From NCBI GenBank assembly GCA_965645245.1, contig OZ287081.1, forward strand, positions 558,001 to 622,000: DNA of 64,000 nucleotides. The letters are read 5' to 3'. Every line of letters starts with the position of its first letter. Positions within the stretch are counted from its first letter, which is position 1. Shown one piece after another: positions 13,939 through 25,794 of this stretch. The DNA is from Massalongia carnosa (Eukaryota). The notes under the pieces are model-generated. The model worked only from the letters and a program-made list of their open reading frames with translations. It made no database searches and was not told where the DNA came from. The translations under genes and the position numbers were made by a program.

Positions 13939-15264
13939 CACGCGGGTGACAAAATAAATTGCAACGTGTAAGCGAATTTACCCCCCCTTTTTTATTCAAA
14001 TTTTCATCTCATCATCAACCATCATCTGCATAGCTGATAAAATTCATCTAAATTACATGAGATCAATAACCAGTCATCGCCCCCTTTGCATCTTTCACCT
14101 CTTTCAATCTTTTGGGCATGGATAACACCCTTTCATTGATAAATTCCTGACTGACTCGAGCCCATCCCTCCCTAATCAGCTGCTCCAAACTTGCATCGTC
14201 CCAATGAGGAAATTTACGAACATGCTGCTTTGCGGGCTGCCAGCAATTTTCAATGGGAGCTAGATCAGGAGATGAAGAACAATTGAAATAGTGCTCTAAA
14301 TCGTGATCTAACTTCCACTTTTTGACCGCGTTTCGTCTCTTGCCCGTGCCATGACCAGAGTCTCCATCTTCTTCAAGTACGAAGTCATCTCCACGCTCCA
14401 ACCAGGGCTTGACGACGGGATCAAGAATAGCGTCAATATACACCTGATGAGTCATTTTTCCATTGCTATTGCTGGGCACATCGTAGAAGTAGATATCCGA
14501 CTTGAAATTGTAACCAACTGCTGCCCAGCAGTGCTTTCTTTTACGATCTTTCTCAGGTGGTGCATCACGATGCTGAATACAATCCCAACGATATCTTGTT
14601 CCGGGCTTACGAATGATTCGTAACTGTCCTTCAGGCCCGTAGCCAAAATGAATCTCATCGCTGAATCGTACGCGATGCCAGTCTTCGGACCGAGGATATT
14701 TATTTAACATAACTGTAGCAAATTCTTCTCTTCTTTCTTCTGATGCCATTGCCAGCCACCCTTCGACACAGGATAGACATTTGTGATAATTCAAGGCAGC
14801 TGTAAGAGTTCTCTTCATTGTACGTCCCATCACGTCGGCCCCAATCTCCTGTGCTAAGGCATCCCATGTGTAGCGTTTTCCTTCCAATTGTAGATCTTGA
14901 TCCTGCAGAATGTGATCTGCCTCCTTCAGCTGATCATCACTAATCTTTCGCTTTCGACCCCGAGTCTCAACGAGAGAAGAATTGTGACGTGTGCGAGAAG
15001 AAGCTCCGCTTTTGATGATGTTATAGCCCGCGCGCTCGGCCACGCCAAATTCCTGAAAAATGGCCCGTGGATCGAATGGAATTGCATGTGAGATGAGAGA
15101 TTGATAAGCTCCTTGAACTTTGGCCTTTGTGGGAGTATCATAATGAGGCTTTTTGGGTCGAGACATTGATGATGAGATAAAAAGTTGAAAAAAGGAGGGT
15201 GTTTTGATGGGGCATTCAGGGGTAAATTCGCTTACACGTTGCAATTTATTTTGTCACCCGCGTG
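13939..15264 (-). mobile_element. Tc1/IS630-superfamily DNA transposon, 1326 bp, 46-bp TIRs, flanked by CCGCT direct repeats
   Basis: TIR cacgcgggtgacaaaataaattgcaacgtgtaagcgaatttacccc at both ends. A second imperfect inner inverted repeat reads ttcaa.tttt.atctcatcatcaa. CCGCT lies at 13934-38 and 15265-69. Confidence 0.9.
14063..15166 (-). CDS. Intact Tc1-like transposase (367 aa, DD38E)
   Basis: Probable start MSRPKKPHY. Motifs TRGRKRK, WHRVRFSDE, LEEDGDSGH and SSSPDLAPIENCW; 38 residues lie between the second D and the E. Confidence 0.9.
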   Translation of the reverse strand: MSRPKKPHYDTPTKAKVQGAYQSLISHAIPFDPRAIFQEFGVAERAGYNIIKSGASSRTRHNSSLVETRGRKRKISDDQLKEADHILQDQDLQLEGKRYTWDALAQEIGADVMGRTMKRTLTAALNYHKCLSCVEGWLAMASEERREEFATVMLNKYPRSEDWHRVRFSDEIHFGYGPEGQLRIIRKPGTRYRWDCIQHRDAPPEKDRKRKHCWAAVGYNFKSDIYFYDVPSNSNGKMTHQVYIDAILDPVVKPWLERGDDFVLEEDGDSGHGTGKRRNAVKKWKLDHDLEHYFNCSSSPDLAPIENCWQPAKQHVRKFPHWDDASLEQLIREGWARVSQEFINERVLSMPKRLKEVKDAKGAMTGY

Positions 15265-16536
15265 CCGCTCTTCTCCCTCTATAGAACAATCAACCGTCTC
15301 AAGTTTCAACAATTGTTACATAGGGTAAAAATGCAAGTATGGCTATGAGTTTTGGACGTTGAGGTTCAAATATATGAAACTGCTGATGGCCCAATACCTC
15401 CTAGCTCCGAGGTGTTGCACCTAGGGTGGTAGGGTCAGGCAGGTATCTAAGCCCGTCCCTCTGACAGGCTTTAAGGGTGATTTTGAACTCGATTGAGTTA
15501 GAATCCTATTTTACAGCGGACGATCATATTGTACGGAATGTAGAGTACATATTAATTAATCAGCCATGCCAGCTACTTGGGATACGCACGATATTCTATC
15601 AGCTTTTTTAGCGATTTAAAAACCATAGTTTCAAACCCACAGAGGTATATGGGATCATTGATGATGGAAGCAGGTTGCTATAAGGATGCCCAAATCAAAC
15701 CATCTACGCCTTACCGTGGAAGTCAAATCATCAGCCAACGTACTTCAACTTTTCTGCCTTGATCAAGCAAGAAACAGAATCTGCGGAAAACCGCAGGACC
15801 CAATCATCGCAGAGGTAGAACCATTTGCATGGTTGGAGGGTAATGAACATGGACATCTTTTTGAGCCCACCAACAGCATTATATGGCCATGATCCGTCTG
15901 CAGAAGTTGTTTTTGTTCTTGTTCTAGCTATCGTGCGTAGAATTCAAGAATAGTTTCTTAACATATTCGCACCTGTTTCAATTCATACATACTGTCTCTT
16001 CCTCATGTAATGCATCAAGCACTCATCTGTCAAGGAAATATCAATGAACCATTTCACAAAGCGTAATTATTATGGCTTTGATGTTGGAACACACCAATAG
16101 ATTGTGTTAGCATCACCTTGGTGGGTTACTTGCTTTAAACGGCGATTTGTATGAGAATTAGTTGAGCTTTCAAGGCCGACTATTACGAAAGACGGATTCA
16201 GTCACCATTCCGCATTCTGGAGAATTAAGGCAGGACCACTTGCTCGGGGGGGGTGGATTTTCTCGGATTATGGCTAGAAGGTAGTTTGTACTGGTGGTTA
16301 CGTGACCCAACTTTATACAAAGGGTGTCTCATGTCTATATGATATCCTGTTTGGCTTGAGAATCGCAGTCTGTTTGGCTATTTGGCGTCAGAGCAATCCA
16401 ATGAAAAATCGATACATAATGGAGCGATCCTCTGTCAACATGATTTCAGTCCATTTCCAGGGGTCAGCATGGAACATCCAATTCATGGTAATAACCCCCC
16501 CCCCCTTGCCTACAACTATTCTGATTAATATACTAG

Positions 16537-17520
16537 ACATCGCTGCAACTCACTCTACCATTCCAATCTATCTATTTCGAGTTCATTCTTCAGCCAGTCA
16601 AGGCTTTTTCTCTCACTCCGGCTTCTACTCTTGTCAATCGCCCTCCTCCCCCTCCCTTTCCTTTGTTGAAATTCAATCGCACCTCTCAAACCATCTTCTT
16701 TAGCGCAATTCCCTTTCCTAGTGAATATCAGCCACTAGTTCTCTACTCTGGGCTCTAGTTTTTGCTAGATATGTATAAGTCGCTACGTAGGGAGACTGCC
16801 ATTCAAATTAGCTTAATCGCTGCGAAAGAGATTGAAACCAAAACCATATACCCAGCAAACTACCTAGTGCGGGCTTACGGATTGGAAAGCACAGGAAGAC
16901 TGTGGCACGATAATCCAGAGGGCGAATACCTAACAATGGGGAAGATACCTCGCGCCGCGATACTTGGGACCATCGAGTTTCACGATGTTACTCAACCAGT
17001 GAAACTGTTACTCCCGGAACTAGCTATAATTGGTGACGATAGACCGAATCAGAGGATGAGGGCTTTAAGGCGAGATTGTTTCTATTTCAAAGAACCCGCC
17101 GCAGCAGATGATGCGGTAGAAGATATTTGCCTCGAAAGGACTGGCCTTTTACGGAAGAATGCTACCAGGCGGCCCATCAAATCGCAGATATGTTCAACAA
17201 TAGAGATGCGCTCTTTCCATTGATCACGATGTGCCTGTCCTTTCGGAAGCGGGATGTCTCATCCATCAGCCTCAGTATTCCCCAACTCCAGAAGGCTCTT
17301 GTTGGTAAGTTTCCACATGCGTATAATGAGCAAAGCTGCTACATCCAAGATTCTCTAAGTCAATTACAGGGTGCGAAATCCCAGAACACTACCTGTTCCC
17401 TAGTTGGGACGCGGCCATTTCTTTAGGCTCGCCGGAACTGAAGGAGTAGGAAATGCGGATTAAAGCGAAGCTTTGAGATCGCTTTATAGAGGGCTACTAC
17501 TGGAACGAATACAGCATCAG
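16537..17520 (+). pseudogene. Disrupted fungal DUF7587-like protein with an ADP-ribosyltransferase-like R-S-E pattern
   Basis: Motifs PIYLFRVHSSASQG ... ISATSSLLWAL ... EGEYLTMGKIP occur across stops at 16701 and about 16719-24 and frameshifts. Boundaries are approximate. Confidence 0.5.
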
Positions 17521-18065
17521 AATTCTCTCTTAAAAATAGTACCTATTGCCCCCTTTCCATGCCCTATCCCTTCATTTTCAATACAGTCCAGCAAACCATC
17601 ATTCCCGAACATTCCTCGGGTTCTCCTTAACCCCACCGGGTAGGAAGCGTCGATCCTATTTTGGGCGTGCCATGAAAAGAGGGACTTTAGGGTGCCAATA
17701 TGGACAGACACTCTGAAGATAGCCCATATATGGAACGAAGACCAAGGAAGAAATCGGCGTTGGTCGCTCACGCCCATAGACAGTTAAGCAGAGTAATGAA
17801 GGCAAACCCTATTCTAGAGAGTCGGCTGTGCATCGAGTGCTTCGTACCTATCTCGTGGGAAATACACCAGTCGCCGGACCTGCTAGTCTTATCCCGACAT
17901 TTTATGAGTTTCGACGAACGGTGAGCGATTATCTGGTTAGTCCATTCGCAATTCTATTTTTTTGACGCCTTTCTTTGTTTATCCGCCCCTCATCCTCATC
18001 CTCATCCTCGTCGACCTCAAAACACACACACCTCCCATAACCAAAGCAACAGCCCTATCGCAAAA

Positions 18066-18718
18066 ATGGGCCAAGCGATCTCCCAGACCACAGCTCACGT
18101 TGCACAAAAATGCTATGCGCTAGCCACCAACGCCATTACCTCATTGTCATCGCTGATAAGTGATGTCTCCCGTAAGGTCCAGAAAGCCGGCAAGGACATC
18201 GTTGACGCCTTCGTCAACGCCGACCTACGCCAAATTCCCTTCGATATGACACGCTGGATTAAAGGACATCCCATTCTGACGCTCAGCCACATCACTAGAG
18301 TTCTTCTGATTTTCGTACCGGGCTTTCTCTGGTTGCCGGCGCTCCAGCTTCTAGGTTTCGGTGCCAACGGCATCCTTGCTGGTAATTTCCGCCTTTTCTT
18401 TCCTTTCTAGCTTCCCCTTCCCTTGCACTTTGTCCTTAAACGAAAATAAAACAAAAGGAAATGTATCAGCAGGTGCTTCAATCTATCCTGGCTAAAATTT
18501 GATGTGAATCAGGATTTCTTGCGCCACGATTACAGGCTCGTCTCAATCCAGGGGCAGTTGTGATGGGGATTTGGGGGGCTTTCGCAAACCTCATTGAGGT
18601 GGATAATGAGGCGGAAGGAGGAGTGGGAGGGGGTAGAGTCGAGGGAGAAGTGGGAGAAGGGATCGAAGTGGATGTTGTAGGAGAAGCGGAAGATAGTAGA
18701 GATGATGGAGAGAATTGA
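18066..18718 (+). CDS. Small membrane protein with an IFI6/IFI27-like glycine-rich segment; intron 18382-18512
   Basis: LPALQLLGFGANGILAG-FLAPRLQA resembles the GFxxxGIxAGSxAA motif. The spliced frame stays open to TGA at 18716-18 and ends in an acidic G/E/V-rich tail. Confidence 0.5.
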
Positions 18719-19228
18719 AGGCTTCTTCAAACCTCAGCTGTACTAGTTAGAGCTTTGTGGCTGGCTATAGGCACGCCCACCAGAAACAGAGCTTTTCCGG
18801 TGCGCTTCAGTTGAGTACTTAACCTGGACCAAAGGAGAGAGTCTAGGTTCAGCAAAAATAGGGGCGGAAAAGGCGCAAGAGAAGGCCAGAGCTCAGCATT
18901 TGTGTCCAAACTCTAGTTATTTAGTTTTAAACCCCATGTTTTAAAGTTCTTGTAGCTGCTGATGTCTTGATGCTGACATATGGGTCATTTTTTAACTGTG
19001 GTAAGGAGTTTACGTAGTCCTTTCTATTGATCTGTTGAGAACGCATCAACGGAGTCATTTAGATAGAGAGATCTTAACAGTGATATAGAAAACCACATGA
19101 CTCTTGAACTTCGACTGACTGCTCTCGCGCCGGCCCGAATATTATCCGTAGAAGAAGTGCTGGGTTATATCCATTCAAATGGACATCCTTATTGCATCCT
19201 TTCTTAGCCTACCTACAAGCTAGCCGCA

Positions 19229-21731
19229 ATGTCCTCCATGTAAGCTTTACATTATCCTCTTAAAGCAGAGAGACTAATCAGTTATCAGCCACATTCCAAA
19301 ACGAAATAAAACAGCATGTTTTAAATGCCAAAAGCTCAAGGTCTGTAGATCTTCGCTTCAGAGTTAGCTTCAGAGGCCTATTGCTTATCATTGCAAAATC
19401 GATTTAGCGACGATGTGATGTCAAAGACGATTCGTCGGTGCCATGCTCCAGGTGCCAAAGGTTAAATCTTGCATGCGAGACTGCAGGTCCTCCACAGCCT
19501 CCGTTTGTACACCCGCTTACCCGCAGGTAAGTTACAGAAAAGTGTTCTCAAAATATTTATTGGTGTTTTCGTTTTTGGAGTCTGCAATTTTTCAACGATC
19601 AAGCACAGAAAAGGCTCAATTTGCGCGAAACCCAGGAGCTTTTGGAAGTTCAATCCTTGCTTATTTTCTCAGCTAAGGATTCTGTCTTGATTAAAAACTA
19701 TCTGGTTCTAGCAAACTTGATTTCGCGAGGATCCTCTAGGTTTATCTTCTGTAGACGAAAAGGGGTGGGGTTGTGAGGGTTGAAATTAATCTAATACTGT
19801 CAGTAGAAGAATATTAGAAGTTGAAGTAGAAACGCGTCTCCGAAAAGAGAGATTGAATTCTTTTAAACCTGATAATATCGAAACCTCAAATTCGACTCAT
19901 GATTTGGGCTTGACACCATCTATGCCCTCAAGAACGAACGGAGGGGATTACAGAACTGACGTTGACTGGAATAGCAACGGGGAATCTACAGGTGTTAGCA
20001 TTCAGGAGTCTTCAACTAACATCAATGTTAATCCTGCTCCTACTGTCCCTGTACAGTCGCCTTCAAAAACACTATATGGGCTAGAAATAGGGCCCGGTTT
20101 CATCCGACAGATCTTTACCTTGTAAGCCAACCGATTTTCAGAGTTGCAAGTTCCCGACGAATTGAATCCATCTGATGTTGCACAGTTACTTTGAAAATTA
20201 TTCATGGCTATTACCCTAGGCCAGACCCAGAAACATGTTACAACCTGTCACCGATAATTTCCTGAGCTATAGCCCTGGTTGGGTCTCGCAGATACTCGAA
20301 GAACCCTGCGTTACTGGGTTCTCTATCTCCCCGTGTACGTGATTTGGCTCTGATGTCGTTAGGGGGTGGACAGCCCTCCATACCCGCGATCATAGGGGTG
20401 TTGCTGATATCGACATGGCCAGGACCTGTCGATTCAAAGAACGTTGACACGTCCTTTGGTTTGACTAGCCTTCTTGTTCATTCAGCCATTCAAATCGGTC
20501 TTTACATCCCGGCTACACGTCAAGATTTTGCATGAATTTCAACTAAACTTATCGATGAAGAACTCGAAAAACGGTCCAAGATTTGAGCACATTGCGTCCT
20601 AGCTTATCATCGGTACTGGCTACGAAGCGAACCTCATGGGCTCTGGTTCGCTATGGATGGACAGTTCCCCTCACTTCTCAACGAAACTTGGACCAACAAT
20701 GACCATCTCATAGACGCGACGAGTACACTTCCTGCTGGAGTAAGGCTTCAGGTTAAGTCTCATAATATAGTCGCTGGAGCAATGCTCTAAATGATATTGG
20801 CCTTTCCGATGCTATCGCTAGCCAATCCAACCTAATTGGAACGACACTTTACAGCTTCAAAAAGCAAATAAGCGATCTTGAGTATAAGACGACACCGATG
20901 GGAGGTTGGTCTTCTTTGGAGATAATCCTTATGAAACACTGATCTCATTATCTCAGAAATCGATAGGTTTTACTTCTTAATTTGCCAGATGACTCTTCAA
21001 ACTATGCATTTTTTATGAAAGTGCCGAATATGTTAGTCCTGAGAACTGGGAGCAGCTTTTCGTTACAACGGACACACTGATCAACATAATGCACATCATG
21101 AATTCGAGATTTGCCCTTATCTCATCCTCAACATCATACATGTTCCACGCCTTGATGTTAGCAGCAACCAACCTTCTCAGACTGTTTCGATGTGAATTGA
21201 TACCGCAATCTTTGCAAGAAACCGAACATGGCGTACCTCCGTTCCAGATGGCTATCGATCTCATGAAGAGGATGTCTGTCGCCAAAAATGACATCCCTAA
21301 ACGATGTGCTGATATATTATCCCAATTATGGACGAGTACCAAAATATTCACACGCGCAGACGGTTCTCGATCTCCGGAGTTACGTATTCGAACACGGTTG
21401 GGCATGAGCCCCGTTATCGACTGCCTCTGGTGGTTTCGAGAGGAATTCCGAGGCCAAGAACATATTTGTCCTCAGCCTCAACTTTCTAATCAATCTGTTC
21501 AGGGTTAGAGAACCCTTCGCTAATGAGTTATGACTATCCTTGCTGACGCCTATATTAGGGGGCCCGGATGGGTTGCAAGCTTTCCAAGGTACACCGTTTC
21601 AAGGAGAGCCAACACCACCGACCTTGCGTCTCGCAATGGATGGAGAAACCACCGAGAGCCGAGATCAATCAAGCGATTTTTCGTTGTTGCCATTACCATC
21701 TTTCTTCAACTTTAATGATTTCTTGACCTAG
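19229..21731 (+). pseudogene. Zn(II)2Cys6 transcription factor (Leu3/Sef1-like family), disrupted
   Basis: Spliced N-terminus KRNKTACFKCQKLK|RRCDVKDDSSVPCSRCQRLNLAC is a binuclear zinc cluster. C-terminal motif DIPKRCADILSQLW...LRIRTRLGMSPVIDCLWWFREEF. Several premature TGA/TAG stops lie between 20170 and 20800. Confidence 0.8.
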
Positions 21732-23725
21732 GTGCTGTGGAGTCTCCCCCGGTTGGAAAGTTTAGGATCTACCAAAGAAAAACGAGGTGCACCAGGGTAT
21801 TTATCCCGGCGTAACGGAGTACAAGTTAGAGTTGTGGAGTCTATAAGTTGCTCGCACGAGGTACAAATGGCCTTTTTACGAACGAGAGCCCTCCCGAAGA
21901 TCTGGCGCGGTGGGAGCCCTTCTTTACCTCGTTTCTTCGCGGTTCATGTTGATAGCTCTGTCAGGTTAAATAGCCTTACATCCTGTCTTAATAGGCCTAC
22001 GGAGTAAAGCTGGGAGTCACGGCTTTGGCATTTCAGCGGCTCTAGGATACATCTTTGAGTATCCCATGATACTTATACGAGTGACGCAAGGGGGAGCGCA
22101 AGGCTGGCTGATCTTGTGTTGTTGCTCACTAGCGGATCGTATGTATTGTGGTGCTGAAGCTCGATCGAGTTTTTTTTCACCTTTTTTTTTCACCCGAGAC
22201 ATCTCGGTCAATCATTCGGAATTCTTGGCATTTTGTAGCCCGTGTTGATCTCAACAGATGACCTGCATAGAAGTCACTCAAGGAGCACTTGAGTCCAGCT
22301 ATCTCTCAGCAAGTGATATCCTGCGTGAGTGAACAAGAGAAACCAGTTTAGGTTAGATTATCATTCTTCTATCGTCGTCGTCGTCGTCAGCCCTAACTGG
22401 GTACCTTACCGTAAATCCCCTATTGTGGGCTGGTTAGCCTGGGTGCACCGTTCTTACACTCTCCCGTCCCCATTAGCCTTTTAAACTTAATGGCTGAATG
22501 CAAAGTTGCCTTCGAGTTACGGGAAAAGAGCACGGGGGGGAACATCAACACGGGTATCGGCACATGCTTCTTGGCTCATGGGCTGGATATCGCTCGTCGA
22601 TACGAACACCAGTTGCGGGGGTCTGGCCTCCGAGTTCACAGCCCCTTTGTTTATGTTCATGCTCACGAGTTCCTCTCCACCCCTTTAAACCTCCATCTCA
22701 TACACAGTCGCGCAAAAAAAAAGAAACACCTACCTAGCCCATGCGGCCCCTTTAGGCTTGTCTCTTCGGGCTAGAGTGATTTCAGTTCGATATGCGATAT
22801 TTACGGAAAACAGGAGAAAAGGCAAATAACTGCACTATGGATAAATACTTCAGGACAACACCCTACCTCCCCCCCCCCCCCCTAATTTCCATCTCAAGAT
22901 GCGATAAACTAGGAAACCAGATAACCCCCTCCCCCAAATGGGGACCGGGATTCGCGGTAGAGGTGGGAGTGGGGGTGGGCGAGAATCAACCAGCTAACCA
23001 TCTACTCAACCAGCCACTCAGCCAATCAGCCAGTCAAACCAGTCGAGCCCGCGAACCAAGAAAAACGGCGACTAGCCTGCCAGCCAGCGAAGCAGGAAGC
23101 AGTTAACGGGATCCGCGCAACTATGTACGACGAAACCGAACGGGATCGCCCACACTTGCTGGACTGATGCGATGGATAGGGAGCGGATATAGCATGTGAG
23201 AAGGTAGGTAGGTATTTAGGTATGTACTTAGGGTGTGCCAATAAAAAACATATATCAAAGAAAAATAGAAAGAAGAAAAAAACGAAGACATAATGATTCT
23301 TCCGGTACCCTCTAGCGTCTATCTATTATACATATCCCCAACGCCCCTTTCTGTCTTGCCGCGCGTGTCGTGGAAAAATTCCTGAGAGAAGAAAAGAAGT
23401 CCTTGGTTGGTATATCTTTACCCTCCAACAAAAAACCGCCGTTCGCCCTTCCAAGAAAAATATTCTCCCAAAGAAACGTATGACGAACAGGAAAGGAGAG
23501 GGGGGAGATCTGAACGGTATTCTCCGGAGGTGAAATCCGCTACTTAGGGGGTAGCCGACGGGAGGGCGGGCAGGAGCTTGGTGCATTTTGCCTGGAGATC
23601 TTTGGGGGGGGCGAGGGTTGTTAGTTTCGAGGCGGGTTCTAGCTTTGCGGAGGGATGACCGTGAACAACCAAAAATTTCGCTAGAAATATAATAGTTATA
23701 ATTATACGAATTGCGAACGGCATAG

Positions 23726-24311
23726 TCAGGGGACAAAAGTGTGCATTCCGTCAAGCTGCTTGTCTGCAGGTTTCCCAACGAGGTGGCAAACACATAGTAG
23801 CGTACCAGCTGATGCAGCAGCGCCTGCATCTGGAACGCCATCAGGAGCCTCCCGTCGCCCAGATAGCGGGCCGGGTCTCACCGGCTGAACGGCACGCAGT
23901 AGGATTAGGTGGGCTCCGGGGCAGAGTGAAGAAGGTGTAACAGAGGAAGATGTAGGGGAAGCATTCCTCCAAGATGGCGGCGACGCACGTGCCTTCCTGG
24001 TAGGCGTGGAAGTAGTCCAAGGTTTGCGGCTTCGCGCCTGGTGCTGTCGGTCACCGTGCGCGTCACCTCGTTCCGCTTTCACGCGCACACAAACACGGGG
24101 GCTGCTCGAGTTGCTGTTCCAGCTGGGAGGGATGGAGAAGCCTTCGGCGATCAGGAACAGGATCTCGTACACGTATGACATGTAGTGGGCATCTTTGAAG
24201 AAGGTGATAAAGGCGGGGCTGGCCGGCGCGGATTCGTTCAGGTCCCACATGCTCTGCTGGAGCGTGCCGTAGAGTTGCAGGGCGTGGATTACGACCGGGG
24301 CGTGGGTCCAT
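23726..24311 (-). pseudogene. GC-rich fragment of a degenerate zincin/M35-like protein
   Basis: Pieces in three frames: SPAFITFFKD..YVYEILFLIAEG, PRVCV and FQMQALLHQLVRYY (a degenerate HExxH). Frameshifted. Confidence 0.35.
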
Positions 24312-25794
24312 AGTTTCGGAAGGTGTAGAGACTCGTTTTGACAGATTTGCCGGGGACTTTTTAATAGGGGGGAGGACGTTAGTAGGCGGATGGGGAAATG
24401 GAGGGAGAGGCGGGAACCGGGGGGCCTTTACTGTGGAAAGAATCTTCTACTCTGAGCGTGAGGAGAGAGCAGCGAAACAGAGGAGTAAAACATTCAGCCG
24501 AATGGCGGGCGGTTGATGGACGACGAAGCCAGAAACAGGAGAGTTTTAGAAAGGAGTGGGATTGTCATGATGAGTTCAAAGGTGTCTAAGAATAGATTGT
24601 GCATAACATGTGATTCCACAGGACGATGCGACAAGACGATTAGGTGTTCGGTCCATCAACCCGGCCAAATGCGACACGGGCATTACTTCCGTGAAAGGCT
24701 TGCGCCATTACTTTGTAAACGTGTATGACGTGCGGATGTTCAACTAAAATAAGTAGTGAGATGCTTTCGAGCGTTGGGGTAATCCAACAGGCTCAGAATA
24801 GGAATAGCGACCTCTTTCCAGCCTTATGCTTAGAACACCGTGCGTTATCAATGGGTTTTGTTGGAGTTGTTCAATTTTGACACTGTGTCAAGTAATAATT
24901 CATTCCTGTGATTTTTTCTTCAGAGTTAGTATGCGTGCAAAAGAACATACTCGAGAAATCATAGCCTGAAATACGCCAGCACCCCAAGAATGGATACATA
25001 ATCCTTAACAAAAGTACAGAGTGACCAGATTTACTATACCATAGCATCAAATGGCAGATTGGACCCCTTTCGTTCGGTTGGGCCGGGAGGCTAGTCACGA
25101 GAATAAGTCGTTCAAACGACGATACTACCGCTCCTAGAAATAGAAGCCTGAAACAAAATCCATGCAGGAAAATGCCGATAAAGGCGGCGACATCATCGAT
25201 CATATCATAGCGAAGGGAGAAAATTGACCGAGCGGCTTCAAGCCGAACTATTGCTGGATGCTTTAAGCACTCCTTGTCGTTATTAAAACCTTCTCTGCTG
25301 GAAATGCCTGGAAACCAATAAGAAAGGCAGCAAAACCCCAAAGACTAGGGAACTTATCATAATAGAGCAGCCGAGCTTAGTATCACGAACAGTAATGACA
25401 CCGTGTTAGTCATTAGAAATGGAGGCGAGATAGGTATAGGCTCGTGGGGGTTTCAGCACAAGGAAATAGGACATGTGGCTATTAGAAAGGCGAGCCAAGG
25501 CTACTTAGGCTGACGAATTCGTCCGGAAACGCAGAGGTATATTAAACTGACAAAGTATGAAGGGTGGACTCAGGTTCCTTGAAAACCGGTTTTTGGAGGA
25601 CCCTATGAATGGACTTCCCTCAAAGCCAACCATTGTTCCTAATTCTTATTAGTGAGCTTGATATCTACAGTCGCCAGGTTCGGTCTCTTAGAGAATGATG
25701 AAGCAAGTCTCGTAAACCAGTACTATGCAGGCAAACGGGCAGCGGGGTTAAACTTACACCAGAGACAAACGGACGCCCCCTGCTACGTTCTCCT

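Noticed and set aside
24871..25341. 156-aa minus-strand ORF
   Set aside because: No motif, atypical composition and no splice support.
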